64,000 nucleotides of DNA from an uncultured Verrucomicrobiae bacterium (GCA_963801815.1 CAWDGJ010000002.1:128001-192000), one strand, 5' to 3'; positions 50,444-60,660 are shown, numbered from the stretch's first letter. Notes: generated by a model not told the origin, from the sequence alone. Numbers and translations are program-made.

Positions 50444-52818
50444 TGCGGTGCTTGCTCAATCAGTTTTTGAAACCGCGGATCGTTGCGGATCGGGTCCCAT
50501 TCCCACCGATATTTCAGATCGTTCACCGTGATACTGTAATTCGCGCTGTCGACCGCTCCGGGGACGGCCATTAAATGTTCGAGGAGATCAAGGGCGGGCG
50601 CGGATTCGCCAGTGCGAGCATAAATCACCGCAAGAATCGCGTTCATAATCGTGCCATCGAGCGCATCGTCTGACTCGGGCCGCAGCTCGACCGCGCGTTT
50701 TCCTTCACTGATTGCGCGCTGTTTGTCGCCAAGAAAAGCGCAGGCCATACCCAAAACCGCGTGGCGCTCTGGCACTTCCGGAGTTTCCTGCACAGCGGTC
50801 GCAAATGCGTCACGCGCCCTTTCCAACTCCTTTTTGGCCGCAGCTTTGTCTCCGCGAAGGGACGCAATTTCACCAGCGAAGAAACTTCGAGGCGTGTCGA
50901 CGCCGTTAAAGTAGGAGAAAACCTCGAGCGACGAGGCCTTCAAAATCCCCGCCGCGGAAACGGCGTCCCGGTCGATCATGCTTGCGTCGAGTCGTGCTGC
51001 GGTCACGGCTCCATCCGGATCCTTGCCCGCAGGAACGGCCTCCATTTCACTTTTCAGTCGATCCGTCCGACCCGTTTTCCAAAAATCGACATATCCGATT
51101 TGCGCCTTGGCATTCAACGAATCCGGCGCGAGCGCAATAAGACGTTGGGCGGTTTCCCCAGCCTTGGTCCAATCACGCACGGCGCAATAGGTATAGAACA
51201 AATCGCGAACGACGTTGGCATTCTGCGGATCGAGCGTGAGAATTTGGCGATAATCGGCGAGCGCTTCATCCCATTGCCCCTGGCGTCGCTTGATCGCGGC
51301 GATGTCCCACGGGATCGAACTATCGTTCGGCGAAAGCGTTCGAGCGATTTCGAATTCTCGCAGCGCCTGGGCATAGTCACGGTCGAACCAATAGTAGCAG
51401 CGGCCGAGCGCGTGATGCGCTTCACCGAGATTCGGCTGCAATTTAAGAGCCAGCGCAGCCTCGACACGCGCACTCTTGCTCCAGGCCTCGGTTGGCTCAT
51501 AAAAATGATAGATATAAGCTCGCGTACCGGCGAGTCGCGCGTGCGCGAGAGCGAATTTCGGATCCAGCGTGACCGCCTGGACGTAAAGTTGCTCTGCCGT
51601 CCGATAATCTTGAAGAAACGTGTCCGGCTTGAACTCGTATTCTTTCGCCTGGAGAAAAAGATCGTAGGCTTGGGTGTTTTCCGTCGGTTTGCCTCCTACG
51701 CGCGCGGCTTCGTCTGGCGTGAGTTTGGCGCCAAGATTTGAGGCAACTTCGCGCGCAATCTGCCCGTCGATTCCTATAGAATCCTGCAAACTCAAATCGT
51801 ATTTGTTTGCCCACACATGTCGATCTTGCGCGGCCTTGATCAATTGAACGTTCATGATGATTCGGTTTCCGACGCGGCGGACGCTGCCTTCGAGAATATT
51901 TACCACACCCAACACTTTCGCGACCTCGCGCAAATCTTGTGATTCTTTACGGTCGCGATATTTTTCAACCGAAGTGCGGCTGATCACGCGCAAGTCGCGA
52001 ATTTTTGCCAACGCGGTCAAAATGTCGTCCTGGAGGCCGTCGGCAAAATAACCGTTGGCTTTGTCGTCGCTAAAATTTTCAAACGGCAATACGGCGATAC
52101 TTTTTTCACCAGAAGAGTGGGTCGAAAAGTGCTGATAAGCAAAAAGCAAACTGACTGCTATCGCCAGCAGTGCGGCTGCGACACCCACGTTCCGAGGCCG
52201 CCGAAGGCCCGGTCTCGCCGATTTCTCCTCTTCGCGTGACTTTCGAATCTTTTCCGGCACATCGGGATTACCCGCCTGGCCGTTATAAAAATTGACGACC
52301 GACACAAGGGCGCCGTGTTTCACGGCGCATGGGCCGAGATCATGCAGGTCTGACCGCCATTCTCGCATTTGAGCGAGATCTTCGGCAACGCGTTTGGATA
52401 AAAGAATGTGACCACCATCGCCGCAATCCATGATGCGTTGGGCGATGTTGATCCCGGTGCCCGCCACGTTCGTGCGCTCATCCACGTCCCGAACAACATT
52501 CACCGGCCCGCTGTGAATTCCCATGCGCAGCCGGATATCCGGAGAATCCTTCAACGCGCGATTGATTTCGATGGCGCACTTCAGCGGCGCCTCGGGACTG
52601 TTAAAAAATACGAGAGCCATCCCGTCGCCCGACGGAACCCGGACCAGTTTTCCGGCTGAATCCGCAATACGAAATTGCTCAGTGCCCCGAACGATCTGGC
52701 TAAGACGGCCCTGTAATTCGCGCTGCTCTTCAGTCAATAGTTTGGAGTAGCCCACGCTGTCGATAAACAACACGTAGCCAATCTCCAACTGGGGGGCCGC
52801 CTCAGGGTCCGGTGGCAT
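50440..52818 (-). CDS. Class III adenylate/guanylate cyclase + TolB-N-like + TPR protein
   Basis: LFIDSVGYS, GDG, RMGIHSGPV, INIAQR, TM, SIAVLPF, TPRs. Confidence 0.9.
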   Translation of the reverse strand: MPPDPEAAPQLEIGYVLFIDSVGYSKLLTEEQRELQGRLSQIVRGTEQFRIADSAGKLVRVPSGDGMALVFFNSPEAPLKCAIEINRALKDSPDIRLRMGIHSGPVNVVRDVDERTNVAGTGINIAQRIMDCGDGGHILLSKRVAEDLAQMREWRSDLHDLGPCAVKHGALVSVVNFYNGQAGNPDVPEKIRKSREEEKSARPGLRRPRNVGVAAALLAIAVSLLFAYQHFSTHSSGEKSIAVLPFENFSDDKANGYFADGLQDDILTALAKIRDLRVISRTSVEKYRDRKESQDLREVAKVLGVVNILEGSVRRVGNRIIMNVQLIKAAQDRHVWANKYDLSLQDSIGIDGQIAREVASNLGAKLTPDEAARVGGKPTENTQAYDLFLQAKEYEFKPDTFLQDYRTAEQLYVQAVTLDPKFALAHARLAGTRAYIYHFYEPTEAWSKSARVEAALALKLQPNLGEAHHALGRCYYWFDRDYAQALREFEIARTLSPNDSSIPWDIAAIKRRQGQWDEALADYRQILTLDPQNANVVRDLFYTYCAVRDWTKAGETAQRLIALAPDSLNAKAQIGYVDFWKTGRTDRLKSEMEAVPAGKDPDGAVTAARLDASMIDRDAVSAAGILKASSLEVFSYFNGVDTPRSFFAGEIASLRGDKAAAKKELERARDAFATAVQETPEVPERHAVLGMACAFLGDKQRAISEGKRAVELRPESDDALDGTIMNAILAVIYARTGESAPALDLLEHLMAVPGAVDSANYSITVNDLKYRWEWDPIRNDPRFQKLIEQAPQ

Positions 52819-52985
52819 GACGTCGATCTTAACCGGAGTGCGTTCGCTGCGCCAGAAGTCCCAATGGCGTCATAGAACTCGTTTCGTTTGATCCTGGGCG
52901 CATCGTCGATGAGATTTGAAGCCAGATTTTAAGCGGGAACTGATCCGCAACTAGGCATTGCTGGCAGTCGCTGTTAGATTGCGGA

Positions 52986-55190
52986 ATGGCGTTTCAGCTT
53001 GAGTCGAACTACAAACCGCGCGGCGACCAGGGCCAGGCCATTGCCAAGCTGATTAAATCGGTCGAAACCGGGAATCGCCACCAAACGCTGCTTGGCGTCA
53101 CCGGCTCGGGGAAGACGTTCACGATTGCGAATGTGATTCGCGAACTGGATCGACCAACCCTGGTAATTTCCCACAACAAAACACTGGCGGCGCAGCTTTA
53201 CTCCGAGTTCAAACAATTCTTCCCGAGGAACGCAGTCGAATACTTCGTGAGCTATTTCGATTACTACCAGCCGGAAGCCTACATTCCGCGGACCGACACT
53301 TACATCGAGAAGGATTCGTCGATCAACGAAGAAATCGAACGCTTGCGCTTGTCCGCGACCAGCGCGCTGCTTTCTCGGCGCGACACCATTGTCGTCGCAA
53401 GCGTGTCCTGTATTTACGGCGTCACTTCGCCGGAAGATTACGAGCGGATGCTCCTCAGCGTGAAGCGCGGCCAGCATGTCTCGCGCGAAGCAGTCCTCGG
53501 CCGTCTGGTCGAAATGCTCTACGAGCGTAACGACATCAGTTTCTCACGCGGCAAATTCCGCGTGCGCGGCGACGTCGTCGAAGTCTATCCGGCCACTGCC
53601 GATGAAGACGCTGTCCGTCTTGAATTTTTCGGAGACCAAATCGATGCGATCACTCGATTCGATCCGCTGACTGGCCACGCTCGTGAATCGCTTAATCTCA
53701 TGGTGTTTTATCCGGCGAAGCAGTTCGTCACACCAGCCGACAAGCTAAATCGCGCGCTCCAAACCATCCGGGTTGAGCTCGAAGACCGGATCAAGATTCT
53801 CGAATCACAAAACAAACTTCTGGAAGCACAACGGCTCCGCATTCGCACGGAATACGATCTCGAAATGTTGCAGGAAATGGGCTTCTGCAACGGAATCGAA
53901 AACTATTCGCGCCATTTGTCCGGCCGGGCCCCTGGTTCGAAGCCCTACACGATCCTCGATTTCTTCCCGAAAGACTTTCTCGTCGTCATCGACGAATCGC
54001 ACGCCACCATCCCCCAGATCGGCGGAATGTATGAGGGCGATCGCTCGCGAAAATCGGTCCTGGTCAATTACGGTTTCCGTCTGCCGAGCGCGCTCGACAA
54101 TCGTCCGCTGAACTTTGACGAATTCATGAAGGCGACGAACCAGCTCATCTATGTTAGTGCGACGCCCGCCGAATTCGAAATCCAAAACAGCGTGGTGGGA
54201 AACAAAGGGTACGCGCCACATCGGCGTCAGCGCATTGGCGACGCAGAACTCGTCCCTTTTGTTTTGCCGGGAAAAAATCGGTCGCCGAAAGGCGAAGTTC
54301 ATATTTCGCGGACTGACGATCCGCCGGAGAAATTCGACGTGCACAGCCCCGGCGCGCCTCTGGTAGTTGAGCAAATCATTCGGCCGACCGGATTGCTCGA
54401 TCCGAAGATCACAATCAAGCCGCTCAAGAACCAGATCGACGACGCGATGGAGCTTTGCCGGCAGCGCGTCGAAAAAGGCGAGCGTGTGTTGATCACCACC
54501 CTGACGAAGCGCACCGCCGAAGATCTTGCGGATTACCTTCGCGACGTCGGTTTGAAGGTCCGCTACCTCCACAGCGACATCGATACAATCGAACGCGTCG
54601 AGATCTTGCGCGGCCTTCGCGCGGCCGAGTTCGACATCCTGGTCGGAATCAATTTGCTCCGTGAAGGGCTGGATCTTCCCGAAGTTTCACTCGTCTGCAT
54701 CCTGGACGCGGATAAGGAAGGATTCTTGCGAAGCCAGACTTCGCTGATCCAAACCGCCGGACGGGCAGCGCGTCATGTGAATGGCGAAGTTGTTTTGTTC
54801 GCCGACACGATGACCCAAAGCATGGAGGCGTTGATCTCTATCTCGGAATATCGACGCGGCAAGCAACTGGAATACAACGAGAAGCACAGGATCACGCCGC
54901 AAACCGTTCGGCGCGCTGTCCAGGAAAGTTTGCATACGATTTTGCGCGGGCGCGAGATTGAGTCTTCGGTGATTCGCGAAGCCGGCGGCGATTTTGATCT
55001 CACTGAATTGTTGCGGGAGCTCGAAGAAGAGATGCAGCAGGCATCCGCGAATCTCGAGTTCGAGCGCGCGGCACTTTTGCGTGATCAAATCATGGAAGTC
55101 AAAAGCGGCACCGGGTTGATCAAAATCGAACCGAAACGCCGGCCGGTGAAATACACGCGGAGTTCAGGCCGCCGCAGGTCGCGCGTCTAG
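52986..55190 (+). CDS. uvrB: Excinuclease ABC subunit B
   Basis: [44 protein letters not shown] domain. Confidence 0.98.
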   Translation: MAFQLESNYKPRGDQGQAIAKLIKSVETGNRHQTLLGVTGSGKTFTIANVIRELDRPTLVISHNKTLAAQLYSEFKQFFPRNAVEYFVSYFDYYQPEAYIPRTDTYIEKDSSINEEIERLRLSATSALLSRRDTIVVASVSCIYGVTSPEDYERMLLSVKRGQHVSREAVLGRLVEMLYERNDISFSRGKFRVRGDVVEVYPATADEDAVRLEFFGDQIDAITRFDPLTGHARESLNLMVFYPAKQFVTPADKLNRALQTIRVELEDRIKILESQNKLLEAQRLRIRTEYDLEMLQEMGFCNGIENYSRHLSGRAPGSKPYTILDFFPKDFLVVIDESHATIPQIGGMYEGDRSRKSVLVNYGFRLPSALDNRPLNFDEFMKATNQLIYVSATPAEFEIQNSVVGNKGYAPHRRQRIGDAELVPFVLPGKNRSPKGEVHISRTDDPPEKFDVHSPGAPLVVEQIIRPTGLLDPKITIKPLKNQIDDAMELCRQRVEKGERVLITTLTKRTAEDLADYLRDVGLKVRYLHSDIDTIERVEILRGLRAAEFDILVGINLLREGLDLPEVSLVCILDADKEGFLRSQTSLIQTAGRAARHVNGEVVLFADTMTQSMEALISISEYRRGKQLEYNEKHRITPQTVRRAVQESLHTILRGREIESSVIREAGGDFDLTELLRELEEEMQQASANLEFERAALLRDQIMEVKSGTGLIKIEPKRRPVKYTRSSGRRRSRV

Positions 55191-55200
55191 CGCAAATGTT

Positions 55201-55226
55201 GTAGCGGTGCTTGTTCTCAAGCACCG
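55201..55226 (+). repeat. GTAG-foot REP hairpin
   Basis: GTAG + CGGTGCTTG-TTCT-CAAGCACCG. Confidence 0.55.
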
Positions 55227-55249
55227 AACTGAATACGCGCGCTAATGCA

Positions 55250-55335
55250 GGTGGATCGAGCGCTCCGCGCTCGATGTTAACTTGGGCGGCAAGCCGCCAT
55301 TATTTTAGCAACGCGCGCGGAGCGCACGTTCCACC
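55250..55335. repeat. GGTGGATCG REPIN-like element copy 4
   Basis: First 30 nt identical to copy 2. Confidence 0.85.
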
Positions 55336-55363
55336 TCGCACAGAATTAGCTCCATTAGCGGCG

Positions 55364-56260
55364 ATGCGCTCATGGTTAATCCTGGAGATCTCGATCTTAT
55401 GTGTTGCAGCGAGCAACGCGCAGATCAACGAATCAGGTTCGCTGACCGAGGTTGAATTCTCGCAATTGAGCCAGCGCGATCCGAATCCACTCGGCGAGAA
55501 AGCACTGGCCATTCATCCGGAGCAATGGAAACACGCCGAAACCGAGCATTTCATCTATCACTTTATTCACGACTACGTGGCCACCCCGGTTTCAGTGGAA
55601 GCGGAGTTTCATTACCGCGTCATCACCAAGGAGCTCGAACGAGAGCAACTCACCACCGACATCAAGTCGCACATTTACATCTTCGAGCGGCCGGAAGAAT
55701 GGCATCAGTTTCAAGAGTTTGGACATCTGGAACAATGGACGGGCGGCATTCACTCAGCCGGGAGCCTCTTTATCCAACGCGATCCCGCTTACAAATTTAG
55801 CGACAACTCCCTTGGTCACGAGATTGTGCACCTGGTTCTCCATCGCTTTTATACCGACGGAATCCCCTGCTGGCTCGATGAAGGCCTCGCCCAATTTATC
55901 TCCAAAGATGCCCATGCGAGCTACCAACGCGCTCGCGGCTACATCAGTAAGCCACGCTCCGATTCGATTAACCCGGCGGATTTGATTCCGCTCCCGACGC
56001 TGGTGACGTTGACCCATCCGCCATCGGACCGTGTGCACACGTTTTATGATGAATCGGAACGTCTGGTACGATTTCTGGCAACAACCGATAAGCCCGCGTT
56101 CCTAAATTTGTTGGACGCACTAGCCAGACATCAGCCTTTCGAAACCGCGCTGACGCGATTCTATTCCGCAAATTTCGCGAGCTCTTCGGCGCTGGATGAA
56201 CAATTTCGCGCTTACGCCGCCAAAGACTTCGGATCTTCCTTGCAACAAGCGCGCAATTAG
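55364..56260 (+). CDS. Secreted zincin-like (peptidase MA / DUF1570-like) protein
   Basis: Signal peptide; HEIVH...WLDEGLA gluzincin motif. Confidence 0.75.
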   Translation: MRSWLILEISILCVAASNAQINESGSLTEVEFSQLSQRDPNPLGEKALAIHPEQWKHAETEHFIYHFIHDYVATPVSVEAEFHYRVITKELEREQLTTDIKSHIYIFERPEEWHQFQEFGHLEQWTGGIHSAGSLFIQRDPAYKFSDNSLGHEIVHLVLHRFYTDGIPCWLDEGLAQFISKDAHASYQRARGYISKPRSDSINPADLIPLPTLVTLTHPPSDRVHTFYDESERLVRFLATTDKPAFLNLLDALARHQPFETALTRFYSANFASSSALDEQFRAYAAKDFGSSLQQARN

Positions 56261-56347
56261 GTGAACGCGCGCTTCGGCGCGTTGACAATCCGACGCGCCT
56301 ACACCGCGCATTCATCTAACATCGCGCGACGGAGCGCTCGATCCACC
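56260..56347. repeat. GGTG...CGATCCACC REPIN-like element copy 5 (divergent)
   Basis: Same three-hairpin layout, ends TAACATCG...CGCTCGATCCACC. Confidence 0.75.
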
Positions 56348-56382
56348 TTGTCGATCTCCCTGGAACATGCGAGAAACTTTCC

Positions 56383-57546
56383 GTGCCGAAAGCGAAGACC
56401 AAGGCCGCCGCTGCCGCGAAAATCTATGCCGTCGTCGGTTCGGATGACGTTGAGATTAAACATACTGCCGCAGAGCTGGCTGAAAAATTGAAACCCGCCG
56501 ACGGGGGCGATTTCGGACTCGAAATAATTGATGGTGCCGCCGACAATGCGGATCAGGCTGCTGGCCGAATACGATCGACAATCGAAGCGCTGCGCACGTT
56601 GCCGTTCTTCGGCGGCGCAAAACTCGTTTGGCTGAAGAACGCGAATTTTCTCGGGGACGATCAAAAGGCGAGCGCCGCGTCCGTGCAAGAGGCGCTGGAA
56701 GCGCTAACGGACACGATCGACGCCGATCTCGGGCCGGAGATCACGTTTTTGCTGAGCGCTATCGAAGTGGACAAGCGGCGCTCATTTTACAAGTCGTTGT
56801 CCAAGCGCGCCGAGTTGCAGATTTTCGACAAACTCGATTCGAGTCGCGGCGGCTGGGAAGAGAAAGCGACGGAAATCGTTCAAGAGCGGGCGCGGAAAAG
56901 AAAATTACAATTCGACGAGGAGGCGCTTGAACTCTTCGTCCTCCTCACCGGCGGCGACACCCGCGAGATCGAGAATGAGCTGGAGAAAATAGACGTCTAT
57001 CTCGGCAAAGAGCGCGCAGTAAGTGTCGATCTTGTTCGTGAACTCGTGCCGCTCACCCGGGAAGGCGTTATTTTCGATTTGAGCAACGCGCTGGCCGAGG
57101 GCGATCTCGAACGCGCGCTCGAACTCGTCCGGCAATTACTCGACCAGGGCGAGAGCGCGATCGGCATCTTGCTGGTCGCGATTCTACCAACTGTTCGGAA
57201 TCTCCTGCTCGCAAAAGATTTGATGGAGCGTCATCGAATTCCCCGGCCTCACACGCCATTTCCGTTCATCTCCGCGGTCAATCGGCTTCCCGCCGAAGCC
57301 ATTGCGCATTTGCCGCGCAAAAAAGATGGAACTGTGAATGCTTTCACCCTCGGGATCGCCGCTCAAAACGCGCACCGTTTTCAAACCGAGCAACTGATTA
57401 CGGGAATGAAAGCGTCTCTGGCCGCGAACCTCCAGCTGGTTACCACGCAACTCGACCACGAACTGATCTTAACCGAAGTCGTCGTGAAGATCTTAGGTGG
57501 TTCCAATGTGGGAGGGACCTCAGTGTCCCGACGATCGCGGCGCTAA
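56383..57546 (+). CDS. holA: DNA polymerase III delta subunit
   Basis: TLPFFGGAKLV, DKRRSFYK, ENELEKI, IFDL. Confidence 0.88.
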   Translation: MPKAKTKAAAAAKIYAVVGSDDVEIKHTAAELAEKLKPADGGDFGLEIIDGAADNADQAAGRIRSTIEALRTLPFFGGAKLVWLKNANFLGDDQKASAASVQEALEALTDTIDADLGPEITFLLSAIEVDKRRSFYKSLSKRAELQIFDKLDSSRGGWEEKATEIVQERARKRKLQFDEEALELFVLLTGGDTREIENELEKIDVYLGKERAVSVDLVRELVPLTREGVIFDLSNALAEGDLERALELVRQLLDQGESAIGILLVAILPTVRNLLLAKDLMERHRIPRPHTPFPFISAVNRLPAEAIAHLPRKKDGTVNAFTLGIAAQNAHRFQTEQLITGMKASLAANLQLVTTQLDHELILTEVVVKILGGSNVGGTSVSRRSRR

Positions 57547-57559
57547 GGCCGCTCCAACA
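57507..57559. repeat. GTGG-type REP doublet overlapping the holA 3' end
   Basis: TGTGGGAGGGACCTCAGTGTCCCGA...TCGCGGCGCTAAGGCCGCTCCAACA. Confidence 0.55.
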
Positions 57560-57564
57560 TTCTT

Positions 57565-57978
57565 TCAGCTTTCGCCGACTTGTTTGCGGGCAAGCGGTCC
57601 GATGTAAGGAATGTCCCACCGAACACCAGTGAATGCTTTGACTGTGGCGATAATCCAGAGAACGACGAACCCGATGTGGATGACGGCTGAGATGATCGCC
57701 CAGAAAAATACCAGGATTCCTCCCAGAGCAGGGATGTGGTTGAAAATCGAGTTAATGATCGCCGAAACGACATTGAACAGAAACCAGGCGAGACCAAACA
57801 CGATCGATTGCATCGAATAGAAACGCACGAACGAGTCGTGTTTCTCCAAAATGAAAAAGACGATACCGCCGACCAGTGGAATGCAGGCCAGCGCTGCGGC
57901 GATGTTGGACGGGAGCCCGGTTGATTTCGGCGAATCGGAGACAGGCGGCGGAGGAGGCGGTGGTGGCTCGTCGGGCAT
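57565..57978 (-). CDS. DUF4870 family membrane protein
   Basis: STGLPSNIAAAL, EKHDSFVRFYSMQS, IPYIGPLA. Confidence 0.82.
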   Translation of the reverse strand: MPDEPPPPPPPPVSDSPKSTGLPSNIAAALACIPLVGGIVFFILEKHDSFVRFYSMQSIVFGLAWFLFNVVSAIINSIFNHIPALGGILVFFWAIISAVIHIGFVVLWIIATVKAFTGVRWDIPYIGPLARKQVGES

Positions 57979-58103
57979 GAAGTACTTACACAAGATGAAC
58001 GGCCTTTCGTCAACTCCGAAAGCTTTCGTGGGTCAACCCCGAATCCATTCGCCAGCAGACAGTTTTGCTTTCTCCTAAGGTCAAAAACCCGTACCGTCCC
58101 GTC

Positions 58104-59174
58104 GTGATTTCGATCGAAGTCCGCTCCGCCAAACATCCATATCGTGTCCTTATCAGTCCGGGACTACTGGCCAGCGCCGGCGAAGCAATCCAAGAAAAAC
58201 TGCCGCCGTGTCGATGCGCGATTATCTGCGACACAAACGTTGGGCCGCTGTTTGCCGGAGGTCTCGCGAAAAATCTTAGGTCGGCAACTTACGAGCCGAA
58301 ACTCATAACCGTTCCAGCCGGCGAGCAATCGAAGACCCTCGAACAAGCAGGCAACATTTGTGAGCAAATGTTGAACGCAGGGCTGGACCGCGAGTCATTC
58401 GTGATCGGTCTCGGCGGCGGGGTGATTGGCGATCTCTCCGGGTTTGTGGCCGCGATCTTCAATCGCGGCGTACCGCACGTGCAAATCCCAACAACGCTTC
58501 TCGCCATGGTCGACAGTTCGATTGGCGGGAAAACAGGCGTCAACGCGCGAGCGGGAAAAAACCTAATCGGCACGGTCCATCCGCCTGCACTCGTACTCGA
58601 CGACGTCGACATTTTAAAATCCCTCCCGCGTCGGGAGCTCAATCAGGGGTTCGCCGAAATCATCAAACACGCCGTCATCGCCGACGCGGAAATGTTTGGG
58701 CAACTCGAAACTGTTGATCCCAGCAGGATCGATCTCGCTGCGTTGATTCAGCGAAATGTCGAGCTCAAGGCTCGAATCGTCGAGAAAGACGAACCGGAGC
58801 GAGCAAACCACCGCGCGTTGCTCAATTTCGGGCACACGATTGGGCATGGAATCGAACGCGCGGCGGAGTATCACGGCATCGTGCATGGCGAAGCAGTCAG
58901 TCTCGGAATCGTCGCCGCCTGCGAGATCTCAATGAAGAAAGCCGGACTTCCTACGGGAGACCGGGACCGAATTGTCGGCCTTCTACGCAAATTCGAATTG
59001 CCAACTCAACTGCCGAAGGATTTTCCGCGCGACAAAATCTTCGACGCAATCAAGTTCGACAAAAAATTTGTCCGAGGTGCCATCCGATTCGTGATAACGC
59101 CGAAAATTGGCTCGGCGAATCTGTCCAGTGACGTGACGATGGATGATATCCGTCAGGCCGTGAAAGCGTTGTAG
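58104..59174 (+). CDS. aroB: 3-dehydroquinate synthase
   Basis: GEQSK, GGGVIGD, PTTLLAMVDSSIGGKTGVN, LNFGHTIGH, HGEAV; exact start uncertain. Confidence 0.96.
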   Translation: MISIEVRSAKHPYRVLISPGLLASAGEAIQEKLPPCRCAIICDTNVGPLFAGGLAKNLRSATYEPKLITVPAGEQSKTLEQAGNICEQMLNAGLDRESFVIGLGGGVIGDLSGFVAAIFNRGVPHVQIPTTLLAMVDSSIGGKTGVNARAGKNLIGTVHPPALVLDDVDILKSLPRRELNQGFAEIIKHAVIADAEMFGQLETVDPSRIDLAALIQRNVELKARIVEKDEPERANHRALLNFGHTIGHGIERAAEYHGIVHGEAVSLGIVAACEISMKKAGLPTGDRDRIVGLLRKFELPTQLPKDFPRDKIFDAIKFDKKFVRGAIRFVITPKIGSANLSSDVTMDDIRQAVKAL

Positions 59175-59201
59175 CTGCCAGAAGGCTAGCAGTGCGACCA
59201 G

Positions 59202-59311
59202 TGTCATCCCGAACGAAACTGAGGGATCTCACGGTCGAAATCTGGATCACACAAATTACCATGCGTGATCGTGCGCGCTGATGAGAGATTCCTCGCTTCG
59301 CTCGGAATGAC
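59202..59311. repeat. TGTCATCC...GGAATGAC palindromic repeat family copy 2
   Basis: GTCATCCCGAACGAAACTGAGGGATCT...AGATTCCTCGCTTCGCTCGGAATGAC. Confidence 0.8.
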
Positions 59312-59335
59312 GCTGCGAAGAAATCCTTAGTGTAA

Positions 59336-60625
59336 CTAACCGGGCGGCCGCGCTTTCGAATAATACTCGCGCAATCCGTCGGTCACACTGTCGGCATACT
59401 CCCGGAAAATACTTTTTCGCTGCACACCGTTGACCTCCTTGGTGCCTTCGTAATCTCCGGCTTCGATGCGTGAATAGCCATCCTTGCTGTTCATAACGTA
59501 AGGCTCGCAGTAAACAACCGGACAGCGATACAGCCGCGTCGCGAGCAGATTGCGCGCGTACACGTAGCCACTCGATCCAACTTTTGTCGTAGTCTGAGTA
59601 GTCGGATATTGATACGCGGGAAGCCCGGTCGCTTTCGCCATCGAAGTTGCAACCGTGTCCGCAATCGGGAGTTCTTCATCGTAAGCGCGACTGAGCAACC
59701 GCCGGATCATTTCGAACCGCTCGTCGTCGAGCGCGAGCTCATCTTGCAAATACGAACCGTTCACGAGCAAATGAAGATGATTGTTATCGATCAGCGTCGG
59801 ATTCGCGGGATCACCCCAACCTTCGGCATTGAAATGAAGGCAGAGAACCAGATCCGGATGGAGCTTCGTGTTGACCACCGTGGCACGGCGCCGGATTTCA
59901 CTGTAGCGATAGAACAACATCTCGCTTTGCCAGCGAATGGTTCCCTCCTTTGCCGGGTCTTTCGGATTGAGCACCTCGTCGCGAGGTCTTGGCACGCCGT
60001 TGTTGATCAAAATGTTTTTTGCGAGATCCAGAAAATCGGACGGCCGTTTTGAAGTAACCGGTTGCGTGCTGTTGCGAACGAACAGCACGGTCGCGCCGAG
60101 TTTCCTTAACCGTGGGGCGAGCATTCGCGACACCCGCAAGGTCAGATCGCCTTCGGTTACCGGTTTCGTGTCGCCAACCTGGAACCAACGTTCCTCCATC
60201 TTTGCCCATTTTCCACCAAGGTGGCCCGGATCCAGAGCGATTCGCACCCCGGCGAGCGGTCTGGTTGGCTTCGTTGGCGGTAAAGATTTCGCCGGTCGCC
60301 AAAGTCGCGGAATGCGGCGCTCGGATTTTTCGTCCGAGGCGAACTCAAGCTTAAACGTCTCGTGCGAACTCCCATCTGTCACGATTTCCGCTGAGCCGTC
60401 ATCGATCTTGATCAAGTCATCGGGAATTCCGTGCGTGCAGTAAACATCGTTGATGAGATGTGCGAACTCTTGGTGTGTGATGGTGTGTTGGTAATTCTTG
60501 AGGACGTCCCATTTTGGCTTGCTGCCAAGAATCCCAACATTGTCAGCCGCGACGGCCGTGCCGCACAAAATCGACAGTCCGAAACAAAATGCCGCACAAA
60601 AAGTGATCGAAGGACGAAATAGCAT
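59336..60625 (-). CDS. Divergent secreted Amidase_3-like protein
   Basis: ALDPGH, TEG, LCLHFNA, VYCEP give the H/E/H/E pattern with long insertions. Confidence 0.7.
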   Translation of the reverse strand: MLFRPSITFCAAFCFGLSILCGTAVAADNVGILGSKPKWDVLKNYQHTITHQEFAHLINDVYCTHGIPDDLIKIDDGSAEIVTDGSSHETFKLEFASDEKSERRIPRLWRPAKSLPPTKPTRPLAGVRIALDPGHLGGKWAKMEERWFQVGDTKPVTEGDLTLRVSRMLAPRLRKLGATVLFVRNSTQPVTSKRPSDFLDLAKNILINNGVPRPRDEVLNPKDPAKEGTIRWQSEMLFYRYSEIRRRATVVNTKLHPDLVLCLHFNAEGWGDPANPTLIDNNHLHLLVNGSYLQDELALDDERFEMIRRLLSRAYDEELPIADTVATSMAKATGLPAYQYPTTQTTTKVGSSGYVYARNLLATRLYRCPVVYCEPYVMNSKDGYSRIEAGDYEGTKEVNGVQRKSIFREYADSVTDGLREYYSKARPPG

Positions 60626-60660
60626 CGACGTTTTGAACCTGTTCAATACGATCCTGTTCA

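Noticed and set aside
52820..52985. SOS (LexA) box upstream of uvrB
   Set aside because: I saw no TGTTC-N4-GAACA, GAAC-N4-GTTC or CTGT-N8-ACAG palindrome.
54192..54362. UvrB insert as an intein
   Set aside because: It is too short and has no C-terminal His-Asn followed by Cys/Ser/Thr.
55211..55363. Long N-terminal extensions in the ORF track (55211, 15817, 14416, 41800, 6239, 5662)
   Set aside because: They run through repeats, spacers or neighbouring genes. Downstream starts match signal peptides or family N-termini better.
11528..56347. GGTGGATCG repeats as a CRISPR array or attC integron cassettes
   Set aside because: The copies are dispersed rather than regularly spaced. No cas or integrase gene is present, the ends lack the attC RYYYAAC/GTTRRRY cores, and the flanking genes are mostly housekeeping.
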